Assembly: GCA_044376115.1 (NCBI GenBank)
Contig: JBILLK010000035.1
Coordinates: forward strand, 32,001-96,000
Direction: 5' to 3'
DNA: 64,000 nt
Origin: Polyangiaceae bacterium
GTDB lineage: Bacteria; Myxococcota_A; Polyangia; Polyangiales; Polyangiaceae
Shown here piece after piece: positions 57,367 to 64,000 of the stretch. The position numbers and the translations under genes are program-made. The notes below the pieces were generated by a model. The model was not told where the DNA came from and ran no database searches. It saw only the letters and a program-made list of their open reading frames with translations. Each line of letters starts with the position of its first letter. Positions within the stretch are counted from its first letter, which is position 1.

Positions 57367-58289
57367 AGATCTTGATCACTGGAATCTCTGGGGCCACCGG
57401 GCGTGTGGTCGCGCTGCGGCTGTTGGCGGACGGTCACGACGTGGTCGGTATCGATCGCCGCGGCTGGCCTGAAGCGCCCGAGTCGATCGAGATGCACCGC
57501 GTGGATATCCGCTCGCGGCCCGCCGAAGACGTGTTCCGCGTGACCCAGCCGGAGGTGGTGGTGCACATGGCGACGGTTACGCATTTGGTGGCCCGCAGTG
57601 AAGACCGTTACCGCATCAACCTCGGCGGTACGCGGGCCGTGTTCGAGCATTCGCACCGCTACGGGGTGAAGCACGTCGTGTTCGTCGGGCGTCACACCTA
57701 TTACGGCGCAGGACCCGATTCGCCGCTCTATCACACAGAGGATGAGCCGCCGATGGCGATGGCCAGCTTCCCGGAGCTCGCCGATTTGGTCGCCGCTGAT
57801 CTCTACGCCGGCTCGGCGCTGTGGCGTATGCCCGACATGACCACCACCGTGCTGCGTATGGTCTACACGCTCGGACCGACCGGGCACGGCACGCTCGCGA
57901 GCTTCTTGCGTGGCCCGCGTGTGCCGCGGGTGCTCGGGTTTGATCCGCTGTTTCAGTTCATGCACGAAGACGACGTCGCGGGGGCGATCTCGCTCGCGCT
58001 GAAGACGCGTCTGCGCGGCGTCTACAACGTCGCAGGTCCGCGACCGGTGCCGCTCTCGGCGTTGGTAACGGCCGCTGGGAGGACGGCGGTTCCGCTGCCG
58101 GAGCAGCTGTTCTCGATGATGATCGGCCGCTTCGGCCTGCCCAAGCTGCCGGCTGCGGCGCTCAATCACATCAAGTACCCGGTCGTGATCGACGACAAGC
58201 CCTTCCGCAACGCCTCCGGCTACGAGCCGACCGTCTCCGAGACCGAGGCGATTCGTCAGTATCGCTCGGCGTTTCCCGCGGCGAGTTAG
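57363..58289 (+). CDS. NAD-dependent epimerase/dehydratase (SDR)
   Basis: [11 protein letters not shown]ossmann motif; translationally coupled to the acyltransferase. Confidence 0.88.
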   Translation: MKILITGISGATGRVVALRLLADGHDVVGIDRRGWPEAPESIEMHRVDIRSRPAEDVFRVTQPEVVVHMATVTHLVARSEDRYRINLGGTRAVFEHSHRYGVKHVVFVGRHTYYGAGPDSPLYHTEDEPPMAMASFPELADLVAADLYAGSALWRMPDMTTTVLRMVYTLGPTGHGTLASFLRGPRVPRVLGFDPLFQFMHEDDVAGAISLALKTRLRGVYNVAGPRPVPLSALVTAAGRTAVPLPEQLFSMMIGRFGLPKLPAAALNHIKYPVVIDDKPFRNASGYEPTVSETEAIRQYRSAFPAAS

Positions 58290-58357
58290 CTCCGCATTTC
58301 CAGCGGCGGGCTAGCTTAGCGGTCACGCGGCGTGTTCGCGGGCCACGAGGGCGGGCT

Positions 58358-58675
58358 TCAGGATTCGTCTTCTTGGCGGGCAAAGCTGCGCAGCGCGGCC
58401 ATGCCGACGGTGTGGGCGCACTCTTCGCACAGGCCCGGCTCTTCCCAACGTAGCTCACCGCCGTGCGACCAAAAGAACAGCCCCCGGCCGAACGCTTCGT
58501 CTTCCAAGTCTTGGCCACAAAGATCACAACGCTCGATCTCGGCGCGCGCCAAGCGAGTGGAGTTGTGCGGGCTGAAGGAGAGCTGCGCCACTTCATCGGC
58601 GATCATGGTGTGCACGAGCACGCCAGCTTGCGCTTCTTCAGAGTGGAGATGCTTTGGACCGAAGCCCTGCTTCAT
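58358..58675 (-). CDS. Small hypothetical protein with CxxC...CxxC
   Basis: CDLC and CEEC motifs. Confidence 0.5.
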   Translation of the reverse strand: MKQGFGPKHLHSEEAQAGVLVHTMIADEVAQLSFSPHNSTRLARAEIERCDLCGQDLEDEAFGRGLFFWSHGGELRWEEPGLCEECAHTVGMAALRSFARQEDES

Positions 58676-58731
58676 TGGGTCTTAAGCTCTAGCCCCAGCT
58701 TGGGCGGATGTCTTTCCAAATTCAACATTCG

Positions 58732-60651
58732 CTAAGGCACAGGTCGGTACGAGGGGGATTGGTGGGTGTTGAAGAACAGCTCTACGAGCGCGAGCAGGTT
58801 TTGCCCTTCGGCGCCGAGGCTGTCTGCGAGGTTCACCGCTTCTTCGGGATCCGCAGCAAGATCGTAGATCTCCTCGCGGCCTCGTGAGCTATCGACGATG
58901 ACCTTGGTATCACCGAGCACGAGGGTGCGCGTGCCTTGACGTTCAGCGGCGATCGGACGGGTGAGCTTGGGGTTCTCCCCGCGTAGGAACGGCACCAAGC
59001 TTTGGCCCAAAAAGCGGCTCGGCGTGGGCACGCCGTACAGGTCGAGCAGCGTCGGTCCGAGGTCCACCAGGGTCGTCGGCGCGGTTACTCGACGCGGCTT
59101 GATGCCGGGGCCGGAGATGAAGAGCGGTACGCGGATCAGCTCCTCGTAGACGTTCATGGTGTGGTACTTCGTCCCGTGTTCGCCGAAGCCCTCGCCGTGG
59201 TCGGCCACGACGATCACCATCGTACGGTCGCGTAGGCCCTGCGCTTCGATGGCGTCGTCGAGCGCGCCGATCGCCGCGTCCACCTGGCTCATCTCCGCCA
59301 TGAAGCGCTCCTTCACCCCACCGGTGGTCTTGACCGAGTCGTAGGGATAGTGCGCATCCATCAAGTGCGTCCACAACAGCAGGGGAACGTCTTCGTGCTT
59401 CGATAGACGCTCGATCAACATCGGCATCGCCTCGGTCGAAAGACCGAACTGCTGGCCGTCGCGCGGAGGCACCTTGGTTCCCTCGTTGAAGTCCTTCGCC
59501 AGGGCCTTCTTATCGAGCGCGCCATACGCTGTGAAGGTGGCCATGGTGACCCCAGCCTTGCCGAGCAACGCCGGAAACCGCAGCTGTTTGTCGGCCTTGA
59601 TGCTGAGGTGGTTGCCGTCTCCACTCCACTGATGGCCTGAGTAATAGCGGCCGGTGAAGACGGCCGACCAGGTCGTGATGGTGCGCGCTCCGGGGCTGCG
59701 CGTCAGCGCGAAGTCGACGCTGCGTTCACGCAACGCGAACAGCCGCGGCATGTGCTTCTTGTTGGCCGGCTTGTCGAACAGGTCGGCGCGCATCGAGTCG
59801 ACGCCGATCATGATCACGATCAGATCCTTGGCTGAGACGACCGGCGGTTTGCTCGGGGCGATCGGGTCGAGGTTGTCGCGGTTCTCGAACCAGGGTTGCA
59901 ACTCGGGCGGGACGTTCGCCGTGCCGTGGGAGACACCCCAACCGAAGCGCGCGAGCGGTGGAACCAGCACGGCGCCCTCGACGCGTGAGAGCTGTTGGCG
60001 CACGAGGTTGCTTGGTTGGATGAAGACGGCGGGGGCGCTCGCGAGCAACACGAAGGCGGGCGCGAAGCGGGTGAATCGAGGCAGTCGGCCGAGCACGCTG
60101 GGCAGCTTCAGCTCGCTGAGTGCGGCGGCGATCAGGCTGGCCGCGTTGAGCGCTGCGAAGATGTGAATCCCGAGGTAATCGGCGGCGAGCAGGACGTTGT
60201 TCGCGAGCTGCAGAGCAAGCCCGAGCAGGAGCGGCAAGCAGCGCAGCCACCCGCGAGCGAGCTTGCGCGCGATGGTCCAGCTCAAGAGCGGCGTCGTCGC
60301 GACGAGACTTGCGACTGCATAGGAGGCGCCGCTCGCGACGTGTTCATTGCTGATTCGTTGCAACAAGAAGCCCGCAAAATCGCTGCGGACGAAGAGCACC
60401 GCCGGCACCAGACTTGCGGCCAGCGCGAGCAAGAGGGCGCTCACCTTCTGCCAGCGTTTTCCCGTGTCGAAGCGCTGCCAGATCAGCGTCGCGCAGCCGA
60501 CCAGCGCGCCTACAAAGAGCAGCTGCCCGGCGTCGTACAGGTGATGCAACCCGCGGACGCCGAGCTTGGGATTGGTGACGGCAATGATGAAGTAGACGTT
60601 GCAGAGGGCCAGGCACGCCCAGGCCCACACCCACGAAGCTGCGCGTGACAC
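58732..60651 (-). CDS. Membrane-anchored sulfatase-like hydrolase/transferase
   Basis: N-terminal TM helices; VDSMRAD, HLMDAHYPY, ADHGEGFGEHG and YDLAADPEE. Confidence 0.85.
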   Translation of the reverse strand: MSRAASWVWAWACLALCNVYFIIAVTNPKLGVRGLHHLYDAGQLLFVGALVGCATLIWQRFDTGKRWQKVSALLLALAASLVPAVLFVRSDFAGFLLQRISNEHVASGASYAVASLVATTPLLSWTIARKLARGWLRCLPLLLGLALQLANNVLLAADYLGIHIFAALNAASLIAAALSELKLPSVLGRLPRFTRFAPAFVLLASAPAVFIQPSNLVRQQLSRVEGAVLVPPLARFGWGVSHGTANVPPELQPWFENRDNLDPIAPSKPPVVSAKDLIVIMIGVDSMRADLFDKPANKKHMPRLFALRERSVDFALTRSPGARTITTWSAVFTGRYYSGHQWSGDGNHLSIKADKQLRFPALLGKAGVTMATFTAYGALDKKALAKDFNEGTKVPPRDGQQFGLSTEAMPMLIERLSKHEDVPLLLWTHLMDAHYPYDSVKTTGGVKERFMAEMSQVDAAIGALDDAIEAQGLRDRTMVIVVADHGEGFGEHGTKYHTMNVYEELIRVPLFISGPGIKPRRVTAPTTLVDLGPTLLDLYGVPTPSRFLGQSLVPFLRGENPKLTRPIAAERQGTRTLVLGDTKVIVDSSRGREEIYDLAADPEEAVNLADSLGAEGQNLLALVELFFNTHQSPSYRPVP

Positions 60652-60653
60652 CG

Positions 60654-62885
60654 CTATTCAGCCTTCGATTTTGCCGCTTTCTTGGCTGAAGGCTTGTCAG
60701 TGGAGCACGAGGCCAAGAGCAGCTCAGCGATGTCGAGCTGCTTGATCTCGTCCTCTTTGGACTCGGCCTTGAGGCCGTCGGTCAACATGGTCTGACAGAA
60801 CGGGCAGCCGGTAGCGATCGTCTTCGCGCCGGTGTCGAGCAGCTGCAACGTCCGCTTCTGATTCACGCGGTCCTTGTTCTGCTCCTCCATCCACATTTGT
60901 GCGCCGCCAGCGCCGCAGCACAAACCCTTGTTGCGGTTCCAGCCCTCGGCCTCGACCAGGGCCAGACCAGGGATGGCGTTGAGCACGTCCCGCGGCTCCT
61001 CGTACACGTCGTTGTAACGGCCGAGGTAGCAGCTGTCGTGATAGACCACCTTGCCGAACTCACCGCCGCTCTGCGGCTTGAGCTTGCCGCTCTTCAGCAG
61101 CTCCGCGAGGTAGTCAGCGTGGTGAACGACGCGGAACTTCGCCCCGAAGTCGGGGTACTCGTTGGCGAGGCTGTTGAAGCAGTGGGGGCAGGTGGTGACG
61201 ATGGTCTTGATTCCGCCCTGCTCCTTGTAGCCGTTGAGCGTGGCGACGTTCTGCTCGGCCAAGGTTAGGAACAGGAACTCGTTGCCGGCGCGGCGAGCGG
61301 GATCACCGGTGCAGGTCTCCTCTTGGCCGAGAATGGCGAAGTCCACCTTGGCCTGCTTGAGCAGCTGCGCCGTTGCCCGGGCGACCTTCTTGGCGCGGTC
61401 GTCGTAGCTGCCTGCGCAGCCAACCCAATAGAGCACCTGGGTATCGGGCTTGTCGCTCATCAGCGGGATGTCCAAGCCCTCGGCCCAGTTCGCTCGGTCG
61501 ATGCGGGCGATGTTCCAAGGATTGCCGTTCACTTCGATGCCGGAGAACGGTGCGTTGAGTTGCGCCGGGAACTCACCCTTGATCAGCACGAGGTTGCGGC
61601 GCATATCGACGATCTTGTCGACGTAGCTGATCATCACCGGGCACTGCTCTTCACAGGCCCTACAGGTGGTGCAAGCCCACAGCACGTCCGGGTGAATCAC
61701 GTCCCCAACCAGCTCCTTGGGCGGAGGAGCCTCTTGGCCCTCGGGCGGCGGCTCGGGCAGCTTGCCGGCCTTGAGATCCATCAGCTCGTCGGCGCGCTCG
61801 TAGACCTGGTCGCGCAGGTTGAGCGTTAGCATCTTCGGGCTCAGCAACTTGCCGGTCTTGTGGGCCGGGCAGTTGTCGCTGCAGCGACCGCACTCAGTGC
61901 AGGTGTAAAAGTCCAAGATCGCCTTCCACGTGAAGTCGGTCAGCTTGGCTTTGCCGATCGGTTCAGCGCCGGGAACGCCCTCGTAGGCTTTCTCCACCAT
62001 CGTGCCGAGTACCTCGGCCGAGGGGGCGAGCAGCGGCAACCGACCGGGGGCGTCCAGGTTGCGGAAGAACACGTTCGGGATCGCCGTGATGATGTGGAAG
62101 TGCTTCGAGAACGGCAGGATGTTCAAGAAGATGAGCACCAACGAGGAGTGCGCCCAGAAGCCGAGGTGGGCCAGGAAGGTCAGCGTCTTCGGCGCGAGTC
62201 CGGCGAGCGCGAGGCCCGCCGTGCTGCCGGCCGGGCTGTGCCACAAGAAGCCGATCGACTTGCCGGCGTCATGCCCGAGCGGAGCCACGACGTCTTGTGC
62301 ACGTTCGCAGAACACGGCCTCGGGGCGCGCGCCGAGCGCCGTGGTGGCAGGCATGTAGCAGAGCTCGGAGACCTTGCCCGAGAGCGCGTACATCGAGCCG
62401 TCGTAGAGGATGTCGGAGACCATCATCGTCACGATGATGCCGAGGATCAGCAGGCCCTCGCCGGAGAGCGTCATACGAGCCTGCTTCTTCACCGTGCGGA
62501 AGTAGATGAAGGTGGAGGCGCCGGTGATGACGAGCAAAGCGATGATGTCTTTGAGCAGGTCGTAGACCGCGCCCAAGGGCTGGCCGTGACCCAACACGAA
62601 CAAGCCGAAATCCGGCACGAAGCCGCGCCCCCACAGGATCAGCGTGCGCAGCAGCAGCACGGCGAAGCCGGTGAAGATCAGCATGTGGGCGAGCCCAGCC
62701 GTCCGGTAGTAGTGCATCTTGCGCTGGGCGAGCGCGTACTCGACCACGCCGCGAAGGCGCTCCCCGATGCGGTCCCAGCGCACTTCGGGGCGACCGGTCG
62801 TCAAAAGCTCGAAGCGCTGCTTGGCTGTCAGGCCGAAAGCGGCGTTCAGAAACACGATGACGAACGCCATAGCGTACGGATTCAA
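60654..62885 (-). CDS. Membrane-bound Fe-S oxidoreductase (FadF/HdrD-like)
   Basis: TM domain, CTECGRCSDNCP and CTTCRACEEQCP clusters, two CCG domains. Confidence 0.9.
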   Translation of the reverse strand: MNPYAMAFVIVFLNAAFGLTAKQRFELLTTGRPEVRWDRIGERLRGVVEYALAQRKMHYYRTAGLAHMLIFTGFAVLLLRTLILWGRGFVPDFGLFVLGHGQPLGAVYDLLKDIIALLVITGASTFIYFRTVKKQARMTLSGEGLLILGIIVTMMVSDILYDGSMYALSGKVSELCYMPATTALGARPEAVFCERAQDVVAPLGHDAGKSIGFLWHSPAGSTAGLALAGLAPKTLTFLAHLGFWAHSSLVLIFLNILPFSKHFHIITAIPNVFFRNLDAPGRLPLLAPSAEVLGTMVEKAYEGVPGAEPIGKAKLTDFTWKAILDFYTCTECGRCSDNCPAHKTGKLLSPKMLTLNLRDQVYERADELMDLKAGKLPEPPPEGQEAPPPKELVGDVIHPDVLWACTTCRACEEQCPVMISYVDKIVDMRRNLVLIKGEFPAQLNAPFSGIEVNGNPWNIARIDRANWAEGLDIPLMSDKPDTQVLYWVGCAGSYDDRAKKVARATAQLLKQAKVDFAILGQEETCTGDPARRAGNEFLFLTLAEQNVATLNGYKEQGGIKTIVTTCPHCFNSLANEYPDFGAKFRVVHHADYLAELLKSGKLKPQSGGEFGKVVYHDSCYLGRYNDVYEEPRDVLNAIPGLALVEAEGWNRNKGLCCGAGGAQMWMEEQNKDRVNQKRTLQLLDTGAKTIATGCPFCQTMLTDGLKAESKEDEIKQLDIAELLLASCSTDKPSAKKAAKSKAE

Positions 62886-63399
62886 GCGAGTCTCCTCTCA
62901 GTGGGCCGAAGCTCGGCCGGGAACGGGACGGAAGCGAACCGGAGGGTTTTAGGGTCACTGAACGCGGCGCGTCAACGTCGTGACGTACGTGGCGGGCCTG
63001 TTCGTGGGAAGCGAGGCGGACCCGTTGTCCTCAAAGAGGGATGTCGCCCTCGCGGTCAGCCGGCTTTCGCTCGAATGCCTTGTCCTCACGAATTTGCCGG
63101 CGACGGTTGACCTCGAGTGGAGGCATTGCACGTCCCGTAGCCAGTCATCGGTCGAACGTTCTGCGAACGCCGTGCAACGGAGGAAACGCGCTCGACTCGT
63201 GTTCGAGTCTGGTCCCGGTCATGCCACGCGCGCAGTGGGCGCGTTCGGGCTATACATCTGCTCCCAGCGCCTGTGCTAGCGCGCCAAAGCTCGATAAGGT
63301 TGGTCACGAACGAATGGTTGAGTTCGCCTCAAGGCATGCAAGGAAACTTAGATGCGGATTTGCGCTGGAACGAGCGCAGAACGAACGCAAAGCGTGGCC

Positions 63400-64000
63400 A
63401 TGACGAGGCGAAAAATCTTCGTCATGGTGGGAACGCGTCCCGAGGCGGTGAAGATGGCGCCCGTTCAGCGTTTGCTTGCGCAGTCTCAGCGCTTCGAGCC
63501 GGTGCTCGTCTCAACCGGTCAGCACCGCGAGCTTCTCGAGGGCGTATTGTCGTCCTTGCAGCTCTCACCGGACCATCGGCTTGACGTGATGTCCAACCAG
63601 CAGACACTAAACGAGGTGTTGACCCGTGTAGTCGACCGGCTGAGCCCGCTGATTGCGGCACAAAAGCCTGCTGCTGTACTCGTGCAGGGAGACACCACCA
63701 CAGTCCTCGCCTCGGCGCTGGCCGCCTACCACTTGCGTGTTCCGGTGGGCCATGTGGAGGCTGGGCTACGCACGTATGATCATGAGAACCCCTTTCCCGA
63801 AGAGGCCAACCGTCAGCTCGTCGACCGACTCAGCCGTTTTTGCTTCGCACCGACGGAGCTAGCCAGAACTCAGCTCTTGGCCGAGCGAATCGAACCGGCC
63901 AAGGTCTTCGTCACGGGAAACACCGTGATCGACTCGCTGGTTTGGGCAGCCGGTCGGAGCCAAATCTCGCTGCCGCCCAACACCTTGTTGGTCACGTTGC
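63400..64000 (+). CDS. wecB: UDP-N-acetylglucosamine 2-epimerase (runs off window end)
   Basis: Translates as GTRPEAVKMAP, TGQHRELL, VQGDTTT, HVEAGLRT, PFPEEANR and TGNTVID. Confidence 0.93.
   Translation, partial: MTRRKIFVMVGTRPEAVKMAPVQRLLAQSQRFEPVLVSTGQHRELLEGVLSSLQLSPDHRLDVMSNQQTLNEVLTRVVDRLSPLIAAQKPAAVLVQGDTTTVLASALAAYHLRVPVGHVEAGLRTYDHENPFPEEANRQLVDRLSRFCFAPTELARTQLLAERIEPAKVFVTGNTVIDSLVWAAGRSQISLPPNTLLVTL

Noticed and set aside
869..63110. Numerous long overlapping or antisense ORFs in the track
   Set aside because: Expected stop-codon scarcity in high-GC DNA; they have no motifs and overlap better-supported genes.

Overview
GC-rich bacterial DNA. The gene content points to Myxococcota, probably Polyangiales/Sorangiineae-like (inference): many lipoproteins, eukaryotic-type Ser/Thr kinases, an FHA-sigma54 activator, AgmX/PglI-type and Uma2 proteins. 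Bases ~1-37 kb are a patchwork accessory region with gene fragments, frameshifts and deletion scars. Four copies of a 96-97 bp structured repeat (4124-4220, 21125-21220, 31933-32008 truncated, 32009-32104) have covarying GNA-triloop hairpins and a 13-bp internal inverted repeat. One copy interrupts a cysteine synthase gene and another supplies a stop codon. Bases 37.9-46.1 kb (minus strand) hold an auxiliary T6SS spike operon: short VgrG, a separate spike-like protein, DUF2169-pentapeptide, pentapeptide, DUF3540, and a DUF4150/PAAR-like tip fused to an S41 protease. It has a sigma54 promoter and an upstream palindrome that recurs in front of the divergent Ser/Thr kinase + FHA-sigma54 activator operon. 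Bases 50-64 kb are ordinary metabolic and envelope genes ending in a partial wecB. No rRNA, tRNA, CRISPR array or transposase was recognised. Family calls come from motif recognition by eye; no searches were run.
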